Positions 1 to 10,046 of a DNA stretch of 64,000 nucleotides are shown here, piece after piece (the stretch's first letter is position 1; each line of letters opens with the position of its first letter). The stretch covers positions 14,714 through 78,713 of the forward strand of contig CAVZRH010000012.1 in NCBI GenBank assembly GCA_963777575.1, in the 5' to 3' direction. The notes below the pieces were generated by a model that saw only the letters and a program-made list of their open reading frames with translations, made no database searches and was not told the origin of the DNA. Source of the DNA: an uncultured Solirubrobacterales bacterium. GTDB lineage: Bacteria > Actinomycetota > Thermoleophilia > Solirubrobacterales > 70-9. Made by a program: the position numbers and the translations under genes.

Positions 1-2734
1 GCCTCTACGCGCAGCGAATGCTCGCCCTCTACCGCGCGGGCCGGCAGGCGGAGGCGCTCGAGTCCTATTCGGCGGCGCGCCGGCGGCTCGTGGAGGAGGC
101 CGGTGTCGAGCCCGGCAGCGAGCTCCGGGATCTGCAGGCGCGGATGCTTCGACAGGACCCGTCGCTCGAGCGCCGCGACGCCCGAGCCGTCCGTCCGCGC
201 GCGCGCCGGACGACCAGCCCCGCGCGCCGCGCGAGGTGAACCCGGCACTCGCCGCCTCGTCTGGGCGGCGGTCGCGGTCGCGATCCTGGCCGCGGTCGTC
301 TTCGGATTGACGCGACTGCTCGGTTCCGATCACCTCTCGGGATTGGCCGAGGACTCGGTCGGTGTGATCGATCCGGACGAGGCCAAGATCACCACGCAGT
401 ACCGCCTCGGCGCCGCTCCCGGGGCCGTGGCGGAAGGCGCCGGCTCGATCTGGGTTGCGAATCCGGGCGACGGGACCGTGTCTCGTCTGCATCCGGGGGA
501 GGACCGCGTGGACACGATCGACGTCGGGCATTCTCCGACGGCGCTGGCATTCGGCGGAGGATCCATGTGGGTCGCGACCGCCGACGACGGCGCCCTCGCC
601 CAGGTCGACCCCGACGCCAACCGCGTTGTGCAGCGAATCCCGGTCGGCAACGGGGTGAGCGCGGTGGCCGTCGGCTATGGAGCCATCTGGGTTGCGACGG
701 CGCTCGACGGCGAGGTCGTGCGCGTCGATCTCGGCACCGGGCAGGTGACGAAGCGCGTCGCGGTGGGAGGCCACCCCGTCGCGCTCGCCACCGGCGCCGG
801 CGGCGTCTGGGTCGCCTCCGAGGAATCCGGAACGGTCGCTCGCATCGATCCGGGCACGGGCGAGGCCCTCGACGCCATCGCCGTCGGCAACGGGCCGACT
901 GCCGTGGCCGTCGGCCTGGGCGCTGTGTGGACCGCCAACCGGGAGGACGGGACGGTGTCGCGGATCGACCCGGCGGCCAGCCGCGTCACCAATACGGTCC
1001 CGGCAGGCCACGAGCCGACCGCGCTCGCGATCGGCGAGGACGCCCTCTGGGTCGCCGACGCGGAGGGAGCGCTCCTGCGTCTGGATGCGGAGACCGACGA
1101 GGTGGACGCCCGGGTCGACACCGACAGTGCTCCGACCGGCCTGGTCGAATTCGACGACGCGATCTGGGTCACCACGGTGGCCCCGCCGGCCGCGCACCGC
1201 GGGGGCACCCTGCGCGTCGGCGGTGCGCCGACTCAGCTCGATCCGGCCCTCGGCACCTACGCGCTGGATTCCTTCCTCGTGGATGGGCTCGCCTACGAAA
1301 GCCTGGTGGGCTATCGCCGGGTCGGCGGGACCGCCGGAGCCAGCCTGGTCGGCGAGCTCGCCACCGACGTGCCGAGCCCCGTCGACGGGGGTCGCCGCTA
1401 CGTCTTCCAGCTGCGCGACGACGTCAGATACTCGGATGGCAGTCCCCTGCGGGCGGCCGACGTCAGGGCGTCGGTCGAGCGCACGATCGTCCTCTCGCCT
1501 GAGGTGGGCGCATTGCTCTTCGACTCGGTCGTCGGCGTGAATCGCTGCCTCGGGGCAGGACCGAGGTGCAACCTGTCGGCTGGAATCGTCACGAACGAGC
1601 AGGCCGGGACCGTCACCATCAACCTTCGCAGGCCGGATCCCCAGCTCCTGGAGAAGCTGGCAATCCTCTTCGTGACTCCGGCGGACACCCCTCGCACGCC
1701 GCTCCGTACCCATCCTCCGCCGGGGACGGGGCCGTACCGGATCGAGCAGGTGGTCCCCGACCGCCGGGCCCTGTTGAGCCGCAACCCGTACTTCGATCCC
1801 GCCCAACAGGCTGAGCGCCCAGCCGGATTCGCCGACCGCGTGGAGTTCGAGATGGGCGACGAGCGCGCCCAGGCCGATGCCGTCGAGAGAGGGCGTCTCG
1901 ACGTTGCGACCGTGTTCGCTCCGGCTCACGGGGGCCACGGCGGCCCTTCGAACCCGCCTCGGCGCGCGCCTGCGTTCCGGCCCCTTCGCGATGACCGAGT
2001 ACGCCTGGCTCAACACGAGCGCCCCGCCCTTCGACGATCAACGCGTCCGCCAGGCCCTCAACCTCGCCGTGGACCGAGGCCGGATTGTCGATCTGACCGG
2101 GGGGACCGAATCCGCTGACCCGACCTGCCAGCTTCTGCCGCCCGGCCTTCCCGGTTACCGGCCGGTCTGCTCGTTCACGGTGGCGCCGTCCCCAGCCGGC
2201 GCCTGGACGGGAGCCGACCCCGCGCGGGCCCGGGCACTGATCGCCCAGTCCGGCGCCCGGGGGACGCCGATCGAGGTCTGGACCTGGCCGGATCGCGCCA
2301 GCGTCGGCAGATATCTGGCGGAGGTGTTGACCGGCTTGGGGTTCCCCGCGCACGTGCGCGTCTTCAGGGAGGGCCTCGGCGAGAGCATCGAGGCAGTCGA
2401 GCGGCCCGGCGAACGGCCTCAGATCGGCCTGAATGGATGGATCGCCGACTCGCCGGACTCGGCGACGTTCCTGCGAGCGCTGATCGGCTGTGAGGGGGAG
2501 TTCAACCTCTCGAGCTTCTGCGATCCGGAGATCGACACCGCCATCGCTCGGGCGGAGGCCGCCGGAGCCGAGGGCAGCTCCGCATGGCAGCGGATCGAGC
2601 GCCAGATCGCGCAGCGCGCGCCCGTCGTTCCCCTCACCACGCGTCGGTACGTCGTCGTGATCTCCTCTCGCGCGGGCAACGTGCAGTTCCACCTCCTCAA
2701 CGGCGTGCTCCTCGACCAGATCTGGGTTGAGTAG
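1..2734 (+). pseudogene. Membrane-anchored SARP/BTAD-family regulator with extracytoplasmic YVTN-type beta-propeller repeats and a family-5 (peptide/nickel type) ABC substrate-binding domain. The 5' end lies outside the window. The reading frame changes twice (about 180-240 and about 1915-1935).
   Basis: The frame starting at nt 3 reads LYAQRMLALYRAGRQAEALESYSAARRRLVEEAGVEPGSELRDLQARML (BTAD signature). ORF 103-2118 continues with a TM helix (LVWAAVAVAILAAVVFGL), about 7 repeats of the type GSIWVAN-GDGTVSRIDP, then GGTLRVG...YESLVGY. ORF 1877-2734 carries the rest of the SBP_bac_5-like domain (NTSAPPFDDQRVRQALNLAVDR) up to the stop at 2734. Confidence 0.8.
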
Positions 2735-2763
2735 CGGACGCACAGGGCCGAGAGGGAGAAACA

Positions 2764-2791
2764 CCAAGGGCCCTCTTTCGAGGGCCCTTGG
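2764..2791 (+). terminator. Stem-loop immediately downstream of the regulator/SBP gene (12-bp perfect stem, 4-nt loop)
   Basis: ccaagggccctc-tttc-gagggcccttgg. There is no clear U tract. Confidence 0.5.
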
Positions 2792-2795
2792 CTAG

Positions 2796-2837
<42 letters not shown>

Positions 2838-3361
2838 ATCGACAGCACAACAGTCTCTCGCCTGTTCAGGCATGAGTTCAAGCCCAGCGAGGTCGCCTGA
2901 GTTCTCCCTAGTTGTCCTCAGATTGATGCCCGGATTGATGCTCGCAGCCGACGCCGGCCGCGCCACATTTGATTGAGGCAGACCCCGTGGTGCCAGGACT
3001 CCTGAGGGGCAGGGCACTACCGCTTTGCATGGAAAGCGGCGGTTTTGCGCGACATACTGGTCGGACGATGCTGAGCTGAGCAAAGGGGGCCCTCATCGTG
3101 AGGGCCCCCCTGGTGCCGACTCGAACCTCCTAGTGGCTGCATTTGCCCGGTTACGGTGCCCTCGACGCTGACCAGCGTCGCTCCTTCGAACGAGATGGGG
3201 CTCACCTCGGTGATCGCTGTCAGCGTTCCGCTCGCGTCAGAGAACCGCCCGGTGCCGCCGGTAACGGTTATGACGATCGTGGTGGTGTGGGCGACACCAG
3301 GCATGCGGGGTACGGGAACGACTACGGCGACTACCGCCGCGATCGAGGATCACGCGGCCAG

Positions 3362-3919
3362 AAGTCGATCTCGGCGCGCGAGGACCGCCTGCTGCGGCTG
3401 GTGTTCAGCTTCTTCGAGCAGAGAATCTTCGGGCCGCTCCGCATCGAGCGCCTCGAGAAGCAGCTGCGTGCGAGCGCCGCGAGCAGCGCAAGGAGGGCAA
3501 GCTGGCCGGCACGCGGATCCGCAAGCAGATCGCCGAGCTCGACCGCAAGATCAAGGCGCAGATCCAGGCCCTGGAGAAGGGGATCGAGCCCGAGCTGGTC
3601 TCCGAGCGGATCGCCGAGCTGCGCGGGGAGAGGGAGGCACTCGAGGAGGCGCTCGCCGAAATCGGAGCCGAGCGCGAGGAGGCGGAAGCCGACGAGCTGG
3701 CCAAGCAGCTGGCGCGGATGCCGGATCTGACCAAGAGGCTGTGCGAGGCCTCGCCCGAGGTCCAGCGCCAGGTGTTCGAGGCTTTCGAGCTCCAGATCGT
3801 CTACGACAAGGCGGAGCGCCGGATCGAGATCTCGGCCACGGTTTCGGAGGCCGTCGCCAATGCCTTCGAGAAGAAGAAAGCCCTCCCGAAGGAGGGCTCC
3901 TTGGTGGTACTGAGAGACA
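3362..3919 (+). pseudogene. C-terminal fragment of a large serine recombinase. The catalytic N-terminus is absent and there is an internal frame change near 3480.
   Basis: SISAREDRLLRLVFSFFEQRIFGPLRIERLEKQL in one frame. A coiled-coil tail KQIAELDRKIKAQIQALEKGIEPELVSERIAELRGEREALEEAL...FELQIVYDKAERRIEISATV follows in a second frame (ORF 3718-3960) and reads into the tRNA. Confidence 0.55.
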
Positions 3920-3993
<74 letters not shown>

Positions 3994-4045
3994 TCGGTCT
4001 GACGATTTTAGCTCGCCATCGAAGGAATCTGCAAGGGGAGAGAAG

Positions 4046-5035
4046 ATGCGCGACGCCGCTTTCAGGACTAGGATGCCTCGCCGTGAACGGGGATCGGAGG
4101 GATTGGATGCCGCAGTGCGGGTCGCCGTAGTCGATATCGGCACCAACTCCACAAGGCTTTTGATCGGGGACGTGCAGGGAACGCGCGTCACCGAGGTCGA
4201 GCGGCGCACCACGGTCACCAACATGGGCCGCGGCGTCGACCACAGCGGATCGATCTGCTCGGACGCAGTCGATGACGTCTGCACGGTGATCGGCGACTAC
4301 AAGTCGCGCTACGAGGAGATGGGCGCCGAGCGCGTGATGACGATCGCGACCAGCGCGGTCCGCGACGCCGTCAACGGCGAGGCCTTCATCGCCGAGCTCC
4401 GCGAGCGCTTCAACCTCGACGCGCGGTTGCTCACCGGCGAGGAGGAGGCCAACCTCACCTACAAGGGCGCAACCGCGCATCGCCCCGACGAGGGCTCGAC
4501 GCTCGTCTTCGACATCGGCGGCGGCTCCACCGAGCTGATCGTCGGCTCCGGGAGCAAGGTCGGGTTCCATACCTCGTTGCAGGCCGGGACGATCCGCCAG
4601 TCGGAGCGCCACCTGACCTCGGATCCTCCCGACCCACATGAGCTCGAGGACCTCGCCGATGAGATCCGGAACCTGATCGACCGGGCGATCGCGACGGATC
4701 CGCAGGCGAACCCCGGCCGGGCGATCGCTGTCGCGGGGACGCCGACCTCGCTGGCCGCGATCGACCAGGGGCTCGAGCCCTACGACCCTGGCCGGGTCCA
4801 CGGCTACCGACTCGGCATGAAGCCGATCCAGCGGATGCTCAGCCGGCTCTCCTGCTTGTCGCTCGCGGAGCGGCTGCGCGTCCCCGGCCTCCACCCCGGT
4901 CGCGCCCCGACGATCGTCGCCGGCACGGTGATCCTCGTCCAGGTGATGCGCGCATTCCAGATGAAGGAGATCGAGGTCTCGGAGCTCGACATCCTGCACG
5001 GCTCGGCCCTTTCGGCCGCAATGGCCCCCGTCTGA
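4046..5035 (+). CDS. Ppx/GppA family phosphatase (exopolyphosphatase / guanosine pentaphosphate phosphohydrolase)
   Basis: 329-aa ORF with VAVVDIGTNSTRLLIGDV, FDIGGGSTELIVG and AVAGTPTSLAAI motifs typical of Ppx/GppA. Confidence 0.88.
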   Translation: MRDAAFRTRMPRRERGSEGLDAAVRVAVVDIGTNSTRLLIGDVQGTRVTEVERRTTVTNMGRGVDHSGSICSDAVDDVCTVIGDYKSRYEEMGAERVMTIATSAVRDAVNGEAFIAELRERFNLDARLLTGEEEANLTYKGATAHRPDEGSTLVFDIGGGSTELIVGSGSKVGFHTSLQAGTIRQSERHLTSDPPDPHELEDLADEIRNLIDRAIATDPQANPGRAIAVAGTPTSLAAIDQGLEPYDPGRVHGYRLGMKPIQRMLSRLSCLSLAERLRVPGLHPGRAPTIVAGTVILVQVMRAFQMKEIEVSELDILHGSALSAAMAPV

Positions 5036-5089
5036 GCCGGCGCTTGGACGCCAAGTAGCAAATGCGTCCAATCACCCCAATATTCGGTA

Positions 5090-5118
5090 TTGCCTAAAAT
5101 CGATGGTGGTTGGATACT
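5090..5118 (+). promoter_or_regulatory. Candidate sigma-70-type promoter (TTGCCT - 17 nt - GATACT)
   Basis: ttgcct at 5090-5095 and gatact at 5113-5118 with a 17-nt spacer, in a 360-nt gap between ppx and the next gene. Confidence 0.3.
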
Positions 5119-5124
5119 GGCTGC

Positions 5125-5322
5125 GTCGGGAGAACTGGTGCTGGGCCGGACGCCCAACACCGCCTTCCGGCTCATAGGAACCGGGCGTTTGCCGCAAGGC
5201 GCCTCCCGTCGCCTGGTTCCACTACATACCCCCCAAGTAAGGCCCCTGAGACGTACCCCTGCCCGTCCTGACGGGGCCTGTTTGACAAGACCGGCCGCCA
5301 TGGATGGCGGTCGGTCTTCGTC
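5125..5322 (+). ncRNA. Candidate structured RNA (independent sRNA, or a terminator-containing leader of the downstream hydrolase gene); class unknown
   Basis: Helices seen by eye: 5142-5150/5166-5174; 5177-5187/5210-5220 (11 bp including one G-U) enclosing gcc-GCAA-ggc; 5240-5246/5273-5279 enclosing a hairpin with the C-rich loop tacccctgcc; and a terminal hairpin 5289-5317 (gaccggccgccat/atggcggtcggtc) followed by ttcgtct. The G-U pairs work only on the + strand. Confidence 0.35.
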
Positions 5323-5399
5323 TAGGGTCAATTGAGTGACCGACTCCGCCGTCAGCCCTCCTCTTCGACGAATGGGAGATCGAGCTGCACGGCCACCGG

Positions 5400-6332
5400 G
5401 TGATCTACCGGATCGCCGGTGACGGCCCGCCGGTCGTGCTGATCCACGGCATGGTCAACTCCTCGAAGCACTGGGAGCAGGTGGCGCTGCGGCTGGCCGA
5501 CCGCTACACCGTGGTCGCTCCCGACCTGCTCGGCCACGGCGACTCCGCAGCCGTCCGCGGCGACTACTCCCTCGGCGCCCACGCCTGCAGCGTCCGCGAC
5601 CTGCTGACGACCATCGGCATCGACCGCGCCACCGTCGTCGGTCACTCGCTCGGCGGCGGGATCGCGATGCAGTTCTTCTACCAGTTCCCCCAGCGAGTCG
5701 AGCGGCTTGCGCTGATCTCGAGCGGCGGCCTCGGCCATGAGGTGAGCCCGATGCTCCGTGGCGCCGCGCTGCCAGGTGCCACGGCCGGGATCTGGATGGT
5801 CGCCAACTGGCGCGTCCGCGCGGCACTCGATCGCGTCGGCGAGCGGATGCGGGCACGCGGCATCCGCAAGGGCGTCTACATGCAGGCCGTGGCACGCGCC
5901 ATGAAGCCGCTGCAGGAAGCGGCGGCCCGGCGCGCGTTCGTCCAGACCCTGCGCTCCGTGATCGACGTCCGCGGCCAGCACGTGAGCGCGATCGACCGCC
6001 TCTATCTGCTCGGCGAGCTGCCCACCCTGATCGTCTGGGGGGAGCGGGACAACACGATCCCGATGGCCCACGGCCTCGCGGCCCACGAGCTGATCCCGAA
6101 CAGCCGCTTCGTCACCCTGCCGAGGGCGGCGCACTTCCCGAATCTCGAGGACCCCGAGGGGCTGGCCGACGCGCTGCTCGACTGGCTCGACGAGACCGAG
6201 CCCGGTCTGATCGAGGACTCCGAGTGGGGTCAGATCGTCGGCGCGCGCTCGCCGCGGCGCCAGAGGTTCTCGTCCGGGGCGCCCGAGGGGACTACGCCGT
6301 CGCCAGCGCGACCGAGTGGTTCGCCCGAATGA
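5400..6332 (+). CDS. Alpha/beta hydrolase fold protein
   Basis: PPVVLIHGMVNSSKHW, nucleophile elbow VVGHSLGGG, and C-terminal AAHFPNLEDPE. The first ATG/GTG/TTG in frame is the GTG at 5400, although conserved-looking residues (EWEIELHGHRV) lie upstream in frame. Confidence 0.8.
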   Translation: MIYRIAGDGPPVVLIHGMVNSSKHWEQVALRLADRYTVVAPDLLGHGDSAAVRGDYSLGAHACSVRDLLTTIGIDRATVVGHSLGGGIAMQFFYQFPQRVERLALISSGGLGHEVSPMLRGAALPGATAGIWMVANWRVRAALDRVGERMRARGIRKGVYMQAVARAMKPLQEAAARRAFVQTLRSVIDVRGQHVSAIDRLYLLGELPTLIVWGERDNTIPMAHGLAAHELIPNSRFVTLPRAAHFPNLEDPEGLADALLDWLDETEPGLIEDSEWGQIVGARSPRRQRFSSGAPEGTTPSPARPSGSPE

Positions 6333-7651
6333 GGTTGTCGGGATCCCAGCTGCGCTTCACCTGGGCGAGGCGCCGGCAGGTCTCGGGCGGCAGGATCGCA
6401 TCGACGTCGCAGGGCCGCTCGGCGTAGTTGTAGTAGCCGCCCTCGGCCGCCCAGGGATCCATCGCGTCGCTCAGCCGGTCGAGCTGCCCCTCGATCGGGT
6501 CCTTCATCGCGGGGTCCATCAGCATCCCGATGCGCGAGCATCGTGAACTCGCCGTCGAGCTTGTTGAGCGCGCCCCCGTTCTCGTCGGGCCGCGCGAGCG
6601 CTCCGCCGAGGTGGCGAAACTCAGCGAGCAGAAGCGGTGAGTCGGACTCGGGCCCTGCGGACTCGTAGAAGGCGTCGAGCGCCTCGTCCGGCAGCTCCTT
6701 GATCACGCGGTGATGACCGAGGCCGGGAACCGGAGGCTCCGGATCCATCGCGATTCGGGTCAGGCCCGGGGCGGGAATCTGCCCGACCGTGGACATCACC
6801 GGTTCGCCGATCTCGAGCAGCGGCGCGACGCGCTCCCTGCCCTCGTCCTCGGTGCCGATCGAGACCACGGTGACCGCGAACCACTTCTTGCCGCGGATCT
6901 CCTCGGGGATGTCGGGAATCGGCGGCAGGTTCAGCATCCGGACCATGCTCCCCACCTCCTCCGGCACCTGCGCACACCAGTCCCGGTAGGCGCGAAGGCC
7001 GTCCGCTGTGAGCTCGGGCGGGAAGAGAATCCCACCGGCGTAGGCCTCGGCGATCGGCAGCAGCTCGAGGTGGAGCGCGGTGACGATCGCATAGTCGCCG
7101 CCACCGCCACGCAGCGCCCAGAAGAGGTCGGGATCGCTATCCGCGCTCACCGTGCGGGGCTCGCCGTCGGCGGTCACCACTTCGATCGCGCTGACCCGGT
7201 TGCAGGCCCAGCCGTACTTGCGGCCGAGCCAGCTCAGACCCCCGCCGAGGGTGAAGCCGGCGATTCCCACGTTCGGGGAGGTGCCCGGCATGGAGCACAT
7301 GCCCTTCTGGATCGCCGCCTCGGCGACGTGCTCGGCGTAGGCGCCGGCCTCCACCCTCGCGCTCTCGCCCTCGATCACCACTTCGCGCATCCGCTCGGTC
7401 TTGATCAGGATCGTGCCCTCGAGCGATCCGAGTGCGACGGCGCCGTGACCGGTTCCCTGCCCCGTCACCCTCAGGCCGTTCTCGCCCGCGTAGCGCATCA
7501 CCTTCGAGACGTCGTCCGCGCTCTCGACCAGGGCGACCGCCTCCGGCCGCTGGTCGGCCGCCAGATTCCAGGCCTGCCGGGCCTCGTCCCAGTCGGAGTC
7601 GCTCGAGGTCGCGATCCGGCCGCGGATCGAAAGTTCGGAGAAGTCAGCCAT
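6292..7651 (-). pseudogene. FAD-binding (PCMH-type) oxidoreductase with a C-terminal berberine-bridge (BBE) domain; frame change near 6527-6533
   Basis: N-terminal part MADFSELS...LRVTGQGTGHGA...GIAGFTLGGGLSWLGRKYG in the frame of ORF 6230-7801. The BBE-like end GGYYNYAERP...RLAQVKRSWDPDNLIRANHSV lies in the frame of ORF 6292-6525. Confidence 0.8.
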
Positions 7652-7665
7652 GGCGGCGCACTCTA

Positions 7666-8677
7666 TTACTGGCAGGCGAGCTTCTTCAGCCGCTTGTTGG
7701 TGTCCTTGAGGTTGGCCTGGATCATCGAGCGCTTCGGCGCGCTGCCGGCCTTGGCCAGACCGCCCTTCTGGCGCTTGCGCTTCTTGCGGAGCTTCTTGCA
7801 CTTGGGGTCCTCACCGGCGGTCGGAGTGGCACCGGTCTCCGAGCTGAGCACCGCGGGCCATTGCGCGCCCACGCTCGCGAACAGGGTCGAGGGGGAGCCT
7901 GAGCCGTCCAGGTTTCCGACCCGGAGGTCGGTTCCATTGCCCCAGTAGATCTTGTTGGCGGCGGGGTCGACAGCCACCCCTTGCGGGCCGCCCTCTCCCC
8001 CGAACAGGGTCGCCGGGGAACCCGAGCCGTCCAGGTTTCCAACATCGATGTCACCGTCAGCTGTTCGCCCAGTAGATCTTGCCCCCGGCGGGGTCGATCG
8101 CGACCCCCCTCGGGTTGGACCCGGCGTTCGGGAACAGAGTCGTGGCGGAGCCTGAGCCGTCCAGGTTTCCGGCCCGGACGAGGTAGGGGGAGAAGTCCGT
8201 CCAGTAGATCCGGTTCGCGGCGGGGTCGATCGCGACCCCCAGCGGCTGGCCCTCGATGCCGCCGCCGAGATCCGGCTCGGTGAACAGGTTCGTCGGCGCC
8301 CCTGAGCCGTCCAGGTTTCCGACCCGGACCGCGTTGATCGTGTCGCCCCAGTAGATCTTGTTCGCGGCGGGGTTGATCGCTACTCCGGACGGGTTCGCTT
8401 GCCCTCCGAACACGTTCGCGGCGGAGCCTGAGCCGTCCAGATTTCCGACCCGGATCGCGTCGAAGTTCCCCCAGTAGATCTTGTTTGCGGCGGGGTCGAT
8501 CGCCACCCCCAGCGGGCCGTTCTCGCCCGAGAAGAGGGTCGTGGGGGTACCGGAGCCGTCCAGGTTTCCGACCTGGATCGCGCCGCCTGTCGTGCTCCAG
8601 TAGATGCTGCCGGCGGCGCTGGCCGAGGGCGCTGCCCAGGCTGCGAGGGCAAGCAGCAGCAAGCAGACCCCTGCCAC
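7666..8677 (-). pseudogene. Secreted six-repeat YWTD (LDL-receptor class B-like) beta-propeller protein with a Lys-rich C-terminal tail; frame change near 8057
   Basis: Signal peptide MAGVCLLLLALAAWAAPSASA. Six repeats of about 42 aa of the form GVAIDPAANKIYW(G/T)(N/D)...VGNLDGSG...LF. ORF 8057-8677 stops after IYWANS, and the repeat continues as DIDVGNLDGSGSP in ORF 7666-7977 after a 1-nt shift. Confidence 0.75.
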
Positions 8678-8807
8678 GACCCGGGCGCGATGCCCGCGGT
8701 CGCCCTCTCTCCTCCCCGTGGACGCGATGAGCGCAACCTATGGCAGATGGCGCCACTTCACAATGCGGTTACTGAGTAGTCCGCAGCCCCTGCGAGTGCC
8801 GTGCCCG

Positions 8808-10046
8808 CTAGGCCGGGTGGGGAGCCGCGTCGATCGGGATTCGGGCGACGCGGTCGAAGGCGACGCGGGCGAACAGGGCGCCGGCGATCGCGGCGAGACC
8901 GCCCATCACCAGTGCGGCCCGCGGGTCGACTGCCTGCGAGAGCCAGCCCGAGAGCGGCCCGCCGATCGGCGTCGAGCCGAGGAAGACGATCGAGTAGAGC
9001 GCCATCACCCGGCCGCGCATGGTGGGCTCAGAGGCGAGCTGCAGCGAGGAGTTGATGCTCGCCGCCAGGGTCACGGTCGCGGCTCCGAGCGGCGCCAGCG
9101 CGAGGATCTCGAGAGTCATGGTCGGGGCCCCCGCTGCCAGCAGGGACAGCAGCCCGAAGACGAGCGCGGCGCCGATCAGCAGCATCGGGGTGACCGAGCC
9201 GCGCGCTCCGTTGATCAGCGCCCCGATGATCGCGCCGAGCCCCATCGCGGCCACGAGCACCGCGTACGTCGATGGACCGCCGTGGAAGGTGAACCTGGCG
9301 AGCAGCGGCAGAACCGATTGGAAGTTGTAGCCCAGGGTCCCCACGATCGCCATCAGCCCGAGCGGGATCCAGAGCTCGGGCTCGCGGCGGACGTAGCGAA
9401 GGCCTTCGCGCACCGCGCCGGGCTCGCGCTCGGCGATCTCGGAGGGACGCAGCTTCTCGGTGTCCATCCCGGCGAGCACCCAGATCATGAAGGCGAAGCT
9501 CGCGGCGTTGAGCGCGAAGCAGGGCTCCACGCCGATCGTCGCGATCAGGACGCCGGCGAGGGCCGGGCCGATCACGCGGGCGCTGTGCACGAGGACGCTG
9601 TTCAGGCTGACCGCATTGACGACGCGGTCGCTGCCGACCATCTCCATCACGAACGCCTGGCGGGTCGGGTAGTCGACCGCGTTGACGCAGCCGCGGAGGA
9701 AGACCAGGCCGAAGACCATTGCCGGGACAAGCGCTCCCTCGAGGGCGAGGGCGAGCATCGTCAGCGGCGCGATCATGTGCAGTCCCTGCGTGAGCAGGAG
9801 AAGACGCCGCTTGGGCACCCGGTCGGCGATCAGCCCGCCCCACGCGCCGAAGATCAGCATCGGGAGAAACTGCAGGGCGGTGGTGAAGCCGACGGCCAGG
9901 CCACTGCCGGTGAGCGAGAGGATCAGCCAGATCTCGGCGATCGTCTGCATCCAGTTGCCGGACAGCGAGACGAGCTGGCCGGTGAAGTAGCGGCGGAAGT
10001 TGGGGATCTGAAGACTCGCGAAGGAGCGTCCGAGCGCCTCGGTCAC
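8808..10046 (-). CDS. MFS transporter (enterobactin-exporter EntS / MFS_3-like, 12 TMS)
   Basis: VTEALGRSFASLQIPNFRRYFTGQLVSLSGNWMQ...LIADRVPKRRLL. The GTG start at 10046 overlaps the marR stop (GTGA). Confidence 0.85.
   Translation of the reverse strand: MTEALGRSFASLQIPNFRRYFTGQLVSLSGNWMQTIAEIWLILSLTGSGLAVGFTTALQFLPMLIFGAWGGLIADRVPKRRLLLLTQGLHMIAPLTMLALALEGALVPAMVFGLVFLRGCVNAVDYPTRQAFVMEMVGSDRVVNAVSLNSVLVHSARVIGPALAGVLIATIGVEPCFALNAASFAFMIWVLAGMDTEKLRPSEIAEREPGAVREGLRYVRREPELWIPLGLMAIVGTLGYNFQSVLPLLARFTFHGGPSTYAVLVAAMGLGAIIGALINGARGSVTPMLLIGAALVFGLLSLLAAGAPTMTLEILALAPLGAATVTLAASINSSLQLASEPTMRGRVMALYSIVFLGSTPIGGPLSGWLSQAVDPRAALVMGGLAAIAGALFARVAFDRVARIPIDAAPHPA

Noticed and set aside
3017-3304. 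95-aa minus-strand ORF inside the tRNA-fMet element remnant
   Set aside because: Only its first roughly 50 residues look protein-like (GGTGRFSDASGTLTAI...). It reads through a strong hairpin and has no credible N-terminal context. It is probably a truncated fragment, so it is mentioned in the finding only.
5090-5335. 81-aa plus-strand ORF in the ppx-hydrolase gap
   Set aside because: The composition is Arg/Pro/Gly-rich, there is no RBS, and it overlaps the hand-drawn RNA helices. The RNA interpretation is preferred, with low confidence.
7880-8620. Regularly spaced repeats of about 130 bp, considered as a possible CRISPR or other array
   Set aside because: The repeats are the coding repeats of the YWTD propeller blades. 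The spacing and sequence vary as expected for protein repeats. There are no short identical direct repeats with unique spacers.
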